From Azolla caroliniana (Eukaryota > Plantae > Polypodiophyta), in NCBI GenBank assembly GCA_043228905.1, contig JBHGNT010000065.1, positions 62,001 to 126,000 on the forward strand: DNA of 64,000 nucleotides, given 5' to 3'. The notes beneath the pieces were generated by a model that made no database searches, was not told the DNA's origin, and saw nothing but the letters and a program-made list of their open reading frames with translations. The translations under genes and the position numbers were made by a program. How positions within the stretch are numbered: the stretch's first letter is position 1; every line of letters begins with the position of its first letter. Positions 35,665 to 50,232 of this stretch are shown here, one piece after another.

Positions 35665-35917
35665 TCAGAGAGAGAAAGCCATGGAACAAAGGCAATTGCC
35701 AACGATCTTTCTATATACGAAATTTCGGGTTATAGAACAAATTTAGAATAATTCAGACCTCCGCCGGTGGTTAGAAGCTTACCTAGCGCTAACAGCGTCA
35801 CAGGGACCAAATGCGGCCGGGTGAAGCCGGCGGTTCATGCGTTAGTGGACCGCAAACACAGATTAACTACATGGCCTAGCATTGGCAGGGACCCCTTCAA
35901 GTCGATAGCTTTTTGGC

Positions 35918-35954
<37 letters not shown>

Positions 35955-36583
35955 GGTATATTAAGAATACAGAGACGGAAATGGCAATAGGAGCGGAGAA
36001 CGCTATTGCAGCATTGTAGGGACTACAACATTGTACGCAAGTTCGAATTGACAAAATCAAAGCCTAGCATGGTTTTTTGTCGAGGCTATGCTTCGTATCC
36101 TGAAACCCAAGAATCGGCGAAGAGAATCTTGAATTTCTCAGGCAGGATTTCATTTCTAGCGCGAACTGATCAGAAGCCCGCTACGGATAGACCGTCGCTG
36201 GGGCCGAAGATAATGGTGGTCCCGTCGAGGCCGAAGATGGTGGTCCCGGGCCGAAGGTGGTGGTGCCGCGCTGAGGCTTCTTTCATTTCCCGAGGAAGAG
36301 TTGTTGCCCTTCTTGCTGATTCGCTGGGGTTCAAGTCCTTATTACTACCGCTGCACGCGGCTGCGCATTGACTGTGAGCTCATTAGCCGGCAGCTAAGCA
36401 GCAATCACACATGGAGAAGACGTGCCAGACCCAGAGATACAAAGGCGTGCGTGCCCGCTTCTTCCGCCGCGCGCGCGCGCCGGTTCATCCCGGAGGAACC
36501 GCAGAGAAGAGATGCACCAGACCTTGCTTGAAAGTTGCAGCCAGCTAGAAAGCTAGAACCGGCCGGCAGAAAGCTGCCAACAG

Positions 36584-36616
<33 letters not shown>

Positions 36617-39070
36617 ATGCAGCCAGCAACAAAAATGCGCCAGACCTAGAAACCAAAGACGAGCAAAAAAAAAGAAAAGGACAAACGAGCAGATATGAAC
36701 ACGGCCAACAGAGGGTATAGCAGAAGCCGCCAGAAGCAGCGGATGACCTGTTTCTACAAAAAAAACAGCTGCATATAGCAGAAGCCACTTCCAGGAAGAT
36801 GCGGTGTAGAGCTGAACTGCGGACGGAGCGTGAAGAATTGTGAAATTCGGGAAGAATCTGTTACACCAAGTATCAGAATTACGAACACGAAAAGCAGCCA
36901 GCCGGACTGCAGCCATGCTGCGCACCTTTGGTGGAGCTGCGAGACAAACGTAAAGCGGCAGCTAACAGACTACAGTGAAGCTAGACTACAAGCCATTAGT
37001 AAACCCCGATGATTAGGTTCAGCTGTTGGCTGTGCCCGCGTATATCAATCCGTTTTTTCTGCTTGCTGTGATGCGGCATGAAACGATGAACCACAGAGAC
37101 GATTTGCCAGCCAAGCCAGCCAACCGGGAAGCTAAACTACGAACCAAGACCGTGCTCATCCCTGCTCGTTGCCGAAGCTAACATGCACTGATGAGGAGTT
37201 GAACCTTATGCAAGGAGCTCCGTTAGCTCTCAGTACATCAAAAGAAATCAGTAAAGTAAGTAGAGCTCTTGCTTGCCTAAAACACAAAAAACAAGGTAAA
37301 CTTTAATATTGGAAATTATTCATGTTATCTTTTACGATTAATATCCTACCTTACTGATCCAATTCTTCTCTTTCCATTTCTTTCACTTTAGAAGCACCCG
37401 GTAGGGTCTTGTATCTACTAGAGCTAGACCTTTGACTTCTATCTGGTTCTTCCTCTTTCTTCTACTTTGCTTTATTTTAGAAGCACCCACCTGCTACTTC
37501 CGCCTCATTTACACTAAAAATAGTATGCCGGCGAACGTGGAAATTCAGCTTTCCGCCTCTGCCCTCGTAGGTGAATCGATGGGCGGTAAATTGTCGTCTT
37601 CTGCGGCGGCCCGCATCATAGGCGCGTTGCTGCTTTCTGCGGCATCCTCGTAGGGTGAGTTGTGTTCTATGGTATACTGCGATATAGGTAAGGATTCTTC
37701 GGCCGAAATAATCTTATTGGATTATAAAACGCCGCATTAATTGTATAGCTCTGCGCCATTCGTATTTAGCGTAAGCTCCCTTCATCAGGGAGTCGAGTTC
37801 TTCAATCCGCTCAATATCTTCCGTACCCTCAGTCTGAGTTACACGCTCATTGATGTGCGGTTGATCTAATGCTTCAGCGGTGTCTGCTGTGCTTGCAGCA
37901 CTTCCTCTTCTACTGACGATGTTGGTAAAATTAACGAATAGATAGTTATTGAGCCTTTGCATGTGCTTTTTTATTTAGTGTTTAGGTCTAATTAGTAGGC
38001 TAGGCGTTAACCTGCCCGAAGAGGTCAGACGTCCCTCTCCTGCTCGTTCTTCGTATCCATAACGATTTTGTTTCAAGTAAGGTTTTAGGGTTTAGTGAAT
38101 GGGAATCCCTTTAGATTATAAATGTCCTGCGAGGCAAAAAACCTGGTGAAGCATCTGATAAAGCAGCTCATTTTTAGCTCATATTCTTCCTGGGCGAAGC
38201 GCCGCTCGTCTCATATTCTTTTATCCTCCCCTGAGTAGACTTCTACTAACTTCTTTTCTCTAAAAGGGAACAATTCGTTTGTGAGAATAGCCGTATTATT
38301 CTTTTTGGACGGAAAGACCTGCTTCACTGTTCCCGCTGTGGGATTGGCTTCGAGCTCTTCTTTCTTGCGCGGGCGGCTTAGGTGGAAGGTAAAGAGGGTC
38401 CCTTTCTGGTCATTCAATTTCTACCAAAAAGCAAGCAGCAAAGTAATCTATAAATTCTATCTAAGTTATAGGAGGAGAGACAGGTCGTTTTCCAGATCCT
38501 TCGACAACGAAAAGAATGGGGTTGAGAACTGCTGAATAGCTGGTTTGCCTGCACCGTACAGTTCTGGCTTTGACTTTCGGTCGATTCCCCATTACTGTAA
38601 ACGTGGCGGAAACTGCCTGCGGTTAAGTGCCGGCACAGAACAAACATTTCGATGATAGAATGTCGGTTTAGTTTCCGCAGGCCATGCCGGTCGGATCGCC
38701 GTTCCGGCGGACCAAACCTGCCGTGGCTTTGCCTTTCCCTTTGCCTTTGAATCGAGTCTCGAAAGCAGCTATGAAACCGTGGGGGGCGACCCCTGCAGGA
38801 CCTGTGCTGTAGGCCACCCCTAAAGCAGATAGAACCAGAATCGGATCGTGAAAGACTGATGGAACGAGTGACATGACCGAATGATTGTTTAGCTAGTGAT
38901 AGATTTTACGGGTCTTAAACGTTGTATGCTTTCTTTTTGGGGTGTTGGAGTATTGAACTTTTATTTCCTCATCACCTAGCCCGGGATTTAGTGAAATTCT
39001 CCCTACACCTTGACTAAACGATCATTTCGAATGGACGACGCAGGAGAGGAGTCGCATCCTTTCTCCTTCC

Positions 39071-40056
39071 GTATCCGCTCTTGAAAATCACCGGCCCGCC
39101 CCTTCCACCCATCATAGTGCCCCCTCGTCCGTTACTTTACCTCAGTGCTCTCCTGCCCGCGTAACATTATGAAAGGGTTGAGAACAGCAACGGCGACGGT
39201 ATAGCAAGAGAAAGCTAGAGAGAAAGGGCTATGGGAATGTGAAGGACTCCCTTCGTTGAAAAAGAAAGTGTCGATTGTCTATTCTTTAGGCACTCGCGGG
39301 AGACTAATCTCTCCTAGAGAACACGTGTGGGAAGTATTCGTTTCTAATAATCCCAAAGTCTTTAAGGTTTTGACCATTTTGTGTAACCATTAGGATGCTC
39401 CGAAAACACTGGAGTACAGGAAGGAAACACTGGTGTCAAAGCATTCTTTGGGAACCACATCCTGTTCTTCCTAGATGGATGATTTGCCCCGTTTGATGCC
39501 GTCGTGTGAAAGTTGTTTTCATGATTTAGGAATTCAACTGATTTTAGGTAATCCATCTTTATGTGGCACGACATGAAAGGTGCTATGAAAAACACGTAAC
39601 CGACCGAATTACGTGAAATGGATAAATCAATCTGGTTAGGGCATTCTTTAGAACTTACTTCAGGAAGAATCATCCAGGGCTGCGGTTGCGGTTTCTTCTT
39701 TCTTGTATTCATAACTTTTTTCTATTGCTTTTTCGGCGAAAAGGCAAGCAAGTTTTACCTGACTTAACTGAAAAGCCTAGAAGTGTTTGTAATGCACAGC
39801 ATCCTTAGCTCAGTCGGATAGAGCAACAACCTTCTAAGTTGAAGGTCACAGGTTCAAGTCCTGTAGGATGCGGAAAGTGCACATTAGATTATATACCTAC
39901 GGAATGCTTTGCCCTTGTTCAGGGCGGGCTAGCGGGTTCTTCCTTTCAACCGAACCTGCATCATGCTTCGGTCACTTTTCGCTATATTGGTATATGGGAT
40001 TACTTGCCCCTTTTCACTTCTTTTTAAACAGCCATGATTATAAAGAACCAATCTCA
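39071..40056. repeat. Direct repeat B, copy 2
   Basis: Identical to 1286-2271. Confidence 0.95.
39799..39872 (+). tRNA. trnR: tRNA-Arg(UCU), copy 2
   Basis: Identical to 2014-2087. Confidence 0.95.
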
Positions 40057-40092
40057 CTACGATTTTTATGAAACGAAGAAAGACTTTTTCTT

Positions 40093-40395
40093 ACGGATCT
40101 GGTCAAATATTTGACATTTTCCATGATTTCCTCTCTTTCAGGTATTCAGGGAATTCTCTCAAATAGAAGGAATATTACTATTATGCCGACGCTAATTGAG
40201 TTAATGTTATTGGCTGTCAATTTGAACTCTCCGGTATTTTCTGTCTATTCGGATGATATGATGGGTTAATCACTCACTTTACTAGTGTTAACGGTGGCAG
40301 TTGCGGAATTCGCAATTGGGCTGGCCATTCCGGTGGTAACTTCTCGAATTCGCGGGACCATTGCCGTGGAATTTCCTAATCGCATGAAAGGTCGA
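40093..40395 (+). CDS. nad4L: NADH dehydrogenase subunit 4L (ACG start, CGA-to-UGA stop)
   Basis: [10 protein letters not shown]...GI.GIL.NRRNI.IM...[21 protein letters not shown]...[18 protein letters not shown]; 100 codons. Confidence 0.94.
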
Positions 40396-41116
40396 GCACC
40401 ATTAAACTCATTGCACTTCGTTTTTCCTTCTTGAATACGAAGTATACTTTGGCATTAAGGGAGGAGATACGATTCGAATCTCTCTTTTGAAAGCGGATTT
40501 ACTGAAATCAAACGCTTTTTTCATTCGGCCACTTCCCGCTTCGACTTTCCGAGCCAAGATTAGGGTTTATTTTGATATATGAACCCGGGCATATACGGGC
40601 TTTATGAGGTTTTTTCATAAAACGAAATACTCCCGATAGAAAAGTAGGGTCCCATTCACCTTATTCGCTTGCACCACCGGCTTGCTAGAGGCTCTACCGT
40701 TTCCGAAGTAATAACTTTTAATATATTAAGAAGAACAAAATAGAATCACCATGGCTAATACTTACTCTTTTACAGTCTGTCAGACTTTAAACGGCTTCTT
40801 TTCTTTTCTTTTCTTTTCTTTCGGGCCTCGCCCAAGAAAGAAAGCCGGATCAAGCCAGTTATAGGCTATAAACGTAACAATTGTTATTTGGATTTTCTTA
40901 TTTACACGCCTGAAGTATCAGGCAACTGTTTGAGGTCCCACGCAGCAGCAGCACGGTCTCGCTGATTTGTTTAGTCGAACGAAAAGGTGTCGCAAAAGAG
41001 TTTGATGAGGTCCAATGGCCTCGTATATTTTGCTTATTCAACACTCACTGGAAGATCCTGCTACGCTACCGAGGCTGTGGGCATTGCTAATTCTTTGCCT
41101 CTTTGGAGTTCCCCTT

Positions 41117-41157
<41 letters not shown>

Positions 41158-43594
41158 GCGGGCGGAAGAATGGGCACATGTCATTACAGCAGCGGAAGTG
41201 AAACCGGAGACCTGGCGGGAGATTACACCCATTACTGCAAACACTACTAACGAAAAGGTTGGGCAAGAAGACTCAACGATGAAGCGGCACAAAATAACGT
41301 AACGAGGGCTACGAGCAGTACAACAGCTACAGGCTGTATACATTCTAACCATCCATAGTGTTGGAAGCAAAAACGACGACTATCTCAATTATTGGGGGGA
41401 AAGGGGGTATATTTTATTTTGCAAAAAGGGGATCACGGCAAACAAAGAATCTGAGTCAAGAGTCAGTGTTGCTTGCTGTCACGAAGGGCATGGAGGATGT
41501 TGATCATTGCGTTGATGGAGATTCCGGCCGGAGAAAGCGGTGTCGTGGATTGTAGTCTAAGTTGGTTAAACTGCCTGCCTGCGTGCGCACTTGGATTTTT
41601 TAAATGACATCGAGATACAGAAACCCCCGCCCGACCGCATGAACCGCTTCATCGAAAACCCTTCATTTTCATGCTGCGTGAGATAAGCAATTTACGGCTC
41701 AACCTCCCATGACGAGTATGATTACTACGTAGACACCGCTATAGACACTTCACAAAGTACAGAAATTGATGACGATGTACTAGAGCTTGATCCGTAGGAT
41801 CGCTATGATTTAGACTTTGAGGAGGATGACGGATTAGTGAACCAAAAAGAAAGAGTTGTTGAACAAAAGGCTAGATTGAAAAAAATCAGAAAAGAAAACC
41901 CTAAATGTTCCGCAAATACGTCCAAAGCGTATGCTTTGTTTTGGAAGAAACGAATGTTACTATGCAGAATGCGGGCCTAGCGAATATAACGAGCGAAAAC
42001 TACTTTTTTATTTTGCAGATTTTAGTCCCGCAGGACAGGATTTGGCCAAACCAAAGTTGTGTCATTCTGAAAGGATGATTTGTTGTAGCACATGTCGTCT
42101 TTTTCATGGCTAATCTGCGGCGTGTTTTTCATAGTAGGGTCACGAGAGAGACTGTAAAGCCGAGAAACCCCTGTAGAACAGGGAACCAGCGGTACGACCG
42201 AATATAATGTTAGCGCTATTTTCCCACTGAAAACGATTTCTATACTCATTAAGAGGGCAACTTCCGTATCTATAACATCATTGGCAGGGAACCCGGTAGC
42301 CAATCATACCATCTAAAACGAACGATCTAGAAGAAATTTGGTAGATTCAAATATATGGTTTAATCATCTACAGTCCAATCAGAATGACAGAGCCAGGGAA
42401 GTCTTCGCTAGGTTTCTTCCGCCGCGCGCGCGCGCCGGGAATCCGCTTACCCTTATCGAACCTGCAACAAGTTCAATCTAAGACATGCTCAAATCAACGA
42501 TTGGCCTATTTTGTTTGTCAAATCGATTCTGGATCAATTGGCGAAAGGTCTTTGAGGAATAATAGTCCGATCGTTGATTTCCTCAGCAGAGCCGCCGTTC
42601 TTGAACAACAAGACTAAAGCAGCCATTCGACCAACAGGAACGGACTGCAAGGAAGCAACAAAAACAACAGGTTGTAGAGAACCCACGCCAGCTGTTGAGA
42701 AGCTGCGAGAACAGCCAAGAAGCCACCAACAGATAGAAATAGAGGGCGAGATCTATCGATACGAGGACCACCAACTGCTACGTTAGCTTAGCTGGAACCT
42801 GCATACTTATCATCAATTCCCGTGACATCACTCCTGTACCCCTTGTGACTAACGTTTACGGATTAACCTGCTTGCTGTTTCTTCAAGCACCATGAATGAA
42901 GGTGCCGGCTTTTTCTGGGATAGAACTACTGCAATCTGGGTAAGGTATACCTTCTACAAGAACTACAAGAAGGTAGCTCTTCTGTTAGGAGGAATACACA
43001 GCTCACTGTAGGTCTTTGGGGAATTTACAGGTCTATCGCTCTTGCAGCAAATTCAATCTAAGACTGGCACTGAAGAGGCCAAAGGGGAACTAAGGCTAAC
43101 GTCAACGATTCCTTTTTAGTTTAGTGCGATGGAAAAAAAAACAATCTCTTGGTGGAGCCCTTATCCGTATTGAAATGTGAATCATATTGCTTATTCTATT
43201 ATTCATACTCTTCAGGAAATTACTGTTTTAAACAATATTTTCGGATCGGAAATGAAACCTGTTGATAATCTCTCGCTCGGTTAGTTACTGCCTCTCGCCA
43301 ATAACTAACCGGGAGCGGAACGGCCATCGGCAAGGCGGATCATCATCTTACGTCTTGGGCGTGGGCGGGGGCGGACCCCGCCCCGACGTATACATTCCAT
43401 TACCTGAAGAGAAAAACACTACAGAAGCCATTTATTCACCATTTATTCAATAGTAACGTGCGGTGCCTTCACTTATCCAACCATTCATTAAGCCCCCATC
43501 CTGGTACAACCTATTTGTTTTCCAAACCAAAGACGTTGCGTGCAATTGTAGGAGTAATATATGCAGAATTCAATATAGCCCTGGTCATCATATT

Positions 43595-44167
43595 TCACTT
43601 TGCCTTCCCTGCACTTTTCTTAAAGCCGCTCCATGAGAAATAAGTCTCCCCTTCTGTGTTGGCTGAAGTGATGATAATTACTTTGAACTCTCAAAGATGC
43701 GCAAGAGTCTCAGAATTCTCTTTCAATTACGGAAGTTCCTTTGACAAGAAAGTTGTGGCCATTGAGAAATGGAATTCAATAGAGTTTCTTCATATTTCGA
43801 CTAGGTAATAGGGGGAGATAATCATACTGAGTTTCTCCAAAAGTTTGTACATAATGTGCCCTCACAAAACGCTCTATGCTAAGTGAGTGACGTACGCTTT
43901 TCTCTCTGACTCTTAGCTTAGTAAAGATTTGTTAAATTAAAACAATTTTTTGGTCAAAGCTCCACTTCACGTCTTTATGCGTTTTTAACCACGAGGATTC
44001 TCTGTAGCTAATTTGACACTTTCAAGTGAGTTGGAGGGTGCCCCTAGAACTAAAATGGTTTTACACAATCTAAAAACTTCCAGAACATGGGTATAATCAG
44101 ATTTTGATGGGAAATCTTAGCATAATACGTTTCTGTAATGAAAACGGAGTATACTTGGAGTGAACGT
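43595..44167 (-). CDS. rpl5: Ribosomal protein L5 (ACG start, needs editing)
   Basis: FHYRNVL.*D...K..Y.HVLEV..LCK..LV...KLA.E...G*K...*GHIMYKLLEK...IITSANTEGET..SWSGF; 190 codons. Confidence 0.87.
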
Positions 44168-44446
44168 AGGCAAGCTGTGTGTCTTTTCGTGCAGAAACTA
44201 AGGTAGAAATGGAAGCACTTTTTGCTATTCGCCTCACGAGCGGGCTCTTATCACTCCGCTCGCGTAGTGAACGGAACGGAAGGGCGTTAAAGAAAAGAAA
44301 CGTTAGCCGCCCGCTCTTCCATTTCCTAAAAACCCTCAATATGACTAATTGTGTTAGTAGCGGCACTAAATATTTGAATAGGAGAGAAGAGCTAACGTGC
44401 TCAGCAACCGCCCGCCCGTTTAATAATTTATTCATTTTTTGAGCAG

Positions 44447-46030
44447 GTATATTGTCATAATCTGTCTCGATTTGACGGCATCTTGCTATTGAAATATTTA
44501 GTTATCCAACCTAATATAATATTAAAAACTAGAATTAGAGAACATCAAATAGATCAAATTATTATATATGATAAAAAGAAACTGAAAACACCGCTATTAT
44601 ATATACGGGACTCTCTAAAACTATTACCTTCGTTGAAATCTCTAGCTGAGACAATGCGTCCAGAGCTGAGTAGTAAAGGTTCAATTCCGCATAAAGAATC
44701 GAACAAGTTAAATATTAGAGATAAACAATATGAATTAATAAAGTATCTAAAACAGGATATAATGATATTAGCTGGAGTGCTTAAGCAAAGTATAAGAAAA
44801 ATACTGCTTGCTTGCTGGGATCGGTTTAGTATAGATATAACGAAATGTCTGACAGTGTCGTCGATGGCAATGAAGATCTATCGTACTCACTACTATCCAA
44901 AAGCATATCCAATATACAGGCCTGATGCTAACAAAGCATCATTTATTCGACGAGCGAGGTTGGGTTGGTGGCCACACTGATGTATACAAGCCGTATGGTA
45001 AGGAAATGTATTATTATGACGTGAACTCGTTATACCCTTACGTAATGACAAAGCCTATGCCAGGGGGAAAACCTGTATGGAGACTTGTCAGGCAGCGATA
45101 TGGAGCATCTATTTGGCTGCTTTGTGGAAGCGAATGCCCTGATACAATTAAAATACCATTACTACCCTATAAAGATCCTTACATTACAAGGGAACATATT
45201 TCCTACAGGGACGTTTACAGGCGTCTACTTTACGGAAGAGTTAAAATATGCTATAAGATTGGGTTACAAAGTAGAAGTTAAGCATGGGTATTTATTTGAA
45301 AGGAAAGAAACTTTTATTGAATTTGTAAGCGAGATATATAAAGAGAGGCAGGAAGCAAAAAAGAGAGGCGACATGGTGACGTCATCTCTGCACAAATTGA
45401 CAATGAACTCTCTGTACGGAAGGTTTGGTATAAAACCAGAAATGAATATAACAGAGATCTGTGATCAAGAAAGACTTGACAAGATAATGTCAATATATCC
45501 ATATGGTATAGCTGAAGCTATAAATAATACGCATTATATATTGACTTATACAACACAAATGCAGCAGAAACTGAGAAATGAGGATTGTAAAGACGATTCA
45601 TTTAGATCGATGATTCATTGGATGGACTCACGGAACGCCGGCTCTTCCTCAGCTGTACAGATGTCGGCAGCAATAACAGCATATGCTCGAATACACATGT
45701 ATCCCTATATTTCCCGGGTTCCTACTATACCGATACAGACTCTGTAGTACTAGACAAACCGTTGCCTCCGGAGTTAGTATCTTCGAGTTGGGTAAATTTA
45801 AGCTTGAATATAAAAAAGTAATAGAGGGTTATTTCTTAGCACCTAAATGTTATGCATTTAAAATTGAGGATGGTGATATGGTAAGATACAAAGGTGCAGC
45901 CAAGAAATTGGTAAATTTTAAGCGAGGAACAATATCAAAACCTTGAACGAGTACAAACCTTCTAACAGCTAACTTTCATATAAATTGGAAAGATCTCAGT
46001 CAGCATTTACCGCAAAGAAATGATGCTTAA
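44447..46030 (+). pseudogene. Frameshifted family B (protein-primed type) DNA polymerase of mitochondrial linear-plasmid origin
   Basis: HNLSRFDG, RDSLKLL, YLKQDI, GGHTDVYKPYG..YYYDVNSLYPYVM, KLTMNSLYGRFG, YYTDTDS, LGKFKLE and LAPKCY spread over several frames. Confidence 0.9.
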
Positions 46031-48625
46031 TGTGGGTATTGATCCCTCTCTCAAGCAAGCAAGAGATAATTGGTATTCAAGGATGGGCTGTGGGTAGATA
46101 CAAACCCTAAAAAGAAAGGTTGAAGAACCAACCCGTCCCGTGGCTTCACCTAATAAAGTAGCAGCTGTAGAACCTACGCCGCAGAAGCGCAAGAAGAGGA
46201 AAGCTACGAGTCGTGAAGAAGTGTTACAACGTCGTGAAAAGAAGATGTTACAAGAGAAAATACAGAAGCTCGAAGAAAATGTATTGAGCGATTAAAACGC
46301 ACGACAATCGAAGAAATGTTACAGCTTGAGCTTCCAAAGTTCTTCGAAAAGCTACAGAAAAAAGAATAACTTCAATTATATAAAATGGTCAAAAACAAAG
46401 AAGAAGATCTTTGGAAGACAACCCATAAAGAAGAGGATAATGGTCTAAAACAGCAAGCAGCAGTTCACGGAATGTACTGGTGGCATAGTCGCTGCACAGG
46501 CCAACAACGACATCAAAGTTACATCGAAAAAAAAGGATCAAGCTACTGCCTGCGAAGAACGCCGACTCGCAGCATTATGCTACTCCAACAACATCGAAGA
46601 TAAGTGAAGAATATAATATAAGTAAGGGCACTCCTCCTTGACTTGATAAATAAGTTGCAGAGAGGAAGGAAGGAACAGGATTGAAACATGCCTCAAAATC
46701 TATTCATCATTTCCTAGGCAGAAATCAACGATTGGGCGTTTACCCATCCATCCTAACGGCCGGCAGATTAGACTCTTTAAAGCAATGCTTTATAATAGAT
46801 AGAGCTGCTGCATTGTTTCTTCTTTAACAACTTTATTAGTTGCGGGAGGTTGATAGAATAATTGTTCTTGTCTGCTTGCGTAGACGACATATTGAAAAGG
46901 ATTGGACCCTCTAGCCGTAACCGTTAAGACAGGTGCTGCTCTCCCAGCAAGCAGAGTTGGTGGGCGGGATCTCGCTGCATCGAAAGATCAGTCTAATGCG
47001 AAGACCGCCCGCCAAAACAAAAACAAAATTGCATGATGCAGCTACTCGGCAGGCAAAAATGTCTGCATCGACACTACGTGAAGAACGGGTTCAGCGTGCG
47101 TGGGAAGAACCGCAGCAGAGTGAAGCAGGATTGAACTCTTCATCCAATGCCATTTCCTAGGCAGAAATCAACGATTGAACCTGAGACGTTTACCCATCCA
47201 TCCTCTAAAAGATTAGACTGCGGCTTTCAATATTAATTTATAGAATAGCATAGAAATGAAAAAAACTCTGCACTGTGGGCTTCATTGTCGCAGCAGATTC
47301 GGCATGCTGATGTAGCGGGGAGGACTCTCTTTCACCATTACTGCCTGCCTGCGCGAAAGGAAAGCAGCTAATCTCAGAATTTTTTTGAGGTGGTGGTAGT
47401 GTTCGGCGGCGAAGAAAGTGGTTCATGGTGATATTCTTATTCATCATTTATAAAAGGATCATCCATAAGAGGATTATCATATGCAGTATAACTATGTAAC
47501 CGGGCGGAGAAGGCAGTTGAAGCTAGATTTTCATCTGTCGCTGCTTCTTTCTGTCGTCGAAGAACGGCGACTTCCCCTACGAGATAGGTCTGTATCAGTT
47601 TGTGTTTCGGCATCAGTTGGCCTTTCTTCAGTTTGTGTTTCGACATGTTTTGATCAACGGGAGGTACAAGAACCTCATCAGCACTGTCAGTGGTAAGAAG
47701 ATTTGTATTTTCCACGTAAACCTGTTGGGAGGTATAATATCACTGTCACTCTCACTACTATTGGTTAATAGCGATGGACGATTTATGACTGAAACTGAAT
47801 AACTTTCAGGCAGGATATAGAACAGTATGCATTCCGTTGTTTCTAATAGTAGTTATTGGAGGTATATCAGATGCAGTAAGATAGGAATTAATTTGTAAAT
47901 AAATTTCAGTGAGTGTCTGAAATACCCAATAATGATGATTCCCTGCTATTAAAAGATAATAATCTTTCCACCCACAATAGTGTTAATTTCGCTTTCTGAA
48001 GGCCTGGTATCTAGCCGCATACCACGCTGAATGCGCTCATGTACCAATCTTATACAAATTCAATAAAGAAAACCTTTCAGGTTGCTTGCTGTAAAGGATA
48101 CTGAATTGACATGTAGAATTCGTTGCTGTTATGAAGCAGATAATCTAATGCATACGACGCGCTTTCCATTATTCTACCTGTTGAATTTACAGAGTCTATT
48201 TCGTTTAAAGCGGTAAATTAAGTCTGTTATGTGGAGGTCTCAGCCAATTATATAGATATAAGAAGGGATTGGATTCACCTATTATGCTACTAGCAGACGG
48301 GCTACTGTCACTGCTACCTCCACCACTACTACCGCCAAAGATATAGGTTATTACACATATATTTATAGTAGTGAGTACCACTCCCCAAAAAGACTTATTT
48401 TTATACATTGGTTCTTTATTTGTAGCGTCACCCGATTCTCCTAAGACCTGCGCAAGCAACATTTCCCGAGCGAGACCTGCGCAAGCAACATTTTCCGAGC
48501 GAGACCTGCCTGCGATTCTACTCCTTCTCTAGCAGAACCTGTTGATATTTTAACTGATTCCGAAGAATAATAATTTAGCTCTCTGTCGTCCTTCACTACA
48601 CGCTCAGCCGAGAATCTTCTCTCGC

Positions 48626-48665
<40 letters not shown>

Positions 48666-50232
48666 CTTGAACTACTATCAGCCGTAGTTTTAGAGCCTTC
48701 TTCCGGTACATGCTTAGGCTGCACACTAGCCCCACCATTTTCGGTTGGTTGCTGAGGAAGAAGAAGGTTGCGTGCTGACCGCAGAACCAACCTCGAGATG
48801 CTTCTATATCTTCTCCGGCTGAAGACATAAAACATTCTAAAACATACCTATAACATCTATTTGATCTTTTATTAATGGAAGATCTATCACGCCTATAAGG
48901 TACCATGTTAGACCACCTAACAGTAAGACTTGCGCATTCGCATATAACTTCTTTTTTGTTTGTAATAGTTCCATTCTTTTTTACACTCACCAGTGATAGA
49001 ATCATACTAGTTATCCCACTTATTCCCAATAGATAGAATAATTGATTACTGTCACCAGCTATAAACTTGTTTGTTGCCTTCTGGTCTAAAAAGAATTACC
49101 ATTATATAACCTAAAAGATGCATACAAACAGCTGTTGTCCAAGTTGAGAGCAAATGATATCTTAAATCTATTAATAATTTTTTTGGATCGACCGATCCTG
49201 TCAGCATATGTAATCTTTTTGATAAACAAATTTAAAGACTTATATATCAAATACTTATAAACTCCATCATAAAATGATGATATTCTTTTTAGTACTTTAT
49301 ATTTCTTCTTATTCCTTGACAAAAAAGCTTCGTAATTCATGTTGCCTGAAGTCAGTCGTAGACCCTGCCGCCGGACTGCAGGTCTGGTTTCAACGAACTT
49401 TCAGGCTCTAAAAGATACATTGAATCACGGTTTAGTTTACAAAGCAGCACTGCTTTGGTCTCTGCGGCCGGCGGAAGAAGCGTTGAAGGATTGCTTTGAT
49501 TCATTGTCTGCAGACAGGCCTGGATGCAAGCAACAATTGTGAGCTGACAGGAAGAAATAGGTGATCTCCCAGCTGCTGCTTTTGATTGTGTATTTGATTG
49601 TGTACTTGATGAAGGCCTTTTTTGCTGCTGTTTATAACCCTTTCTTTGTTTCTTCGACCCACTCATCAATATATCTTCCTGCTCTGCACCTTCCAGCTGG
49701 GTAGAGTGCTTTTTATATGTCGTTTTCGGGCGGGCCTTACTCAACCGCATTCTTAGCGATAGTAAATATCAATAGGCTCGGTCAAATAACCACCACTCAA
49801 AGTAACTGTTTCACATTCTTTCTATTCTTTCTATTTTATAACCCAAAGTACTAGCAGAACAACCATTGGTAAGTTCAACTTGACAGGTAAGAGATTTCTA
49901 ATATTGTATAAACATCGAACATAGAGTCTTTTTTTCTTAAAAAATCCTCCTTCCTGCAGAACAAATAACTGGTTGTTCATCCATGTTTGGATTCTCCATA
50001 AGTTTTACTAACTCTTTATCAATTAACAATTCCAAAATGTAACATCCCAAAACATTAAACATTTTTTATCTAAATTGTTTTCAATAATATTATTCTATTC
50101 CTCATTAAAACCACCTTCACAACAAGTACTAAAAGTTAGTTCACAACAAGTACTAGAAGGCTCAATCCTGTTCTTTTTTATTAGAAAATCAGTTTATCTA
50201 TAAGCGTTGCGGCCTTTATTTATTTTCTTATA

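Noticed and set aside
36200-36270. Degenerate tandem repeat GGCCGAAGATGGTGGTCCC
   Set aside because: Three local slippage copies with no further structure
40430-40760. Possible tatC or sdh4 downstream of nad4L
   Set aside because: Only a vague EEIR resemblance; no sustained homology in any frame I read
43437-43472. Second cob gene
   Set aside because: Only a roughly 35-nt fragment matching cob 50373-50408; a small dispersed duplicate
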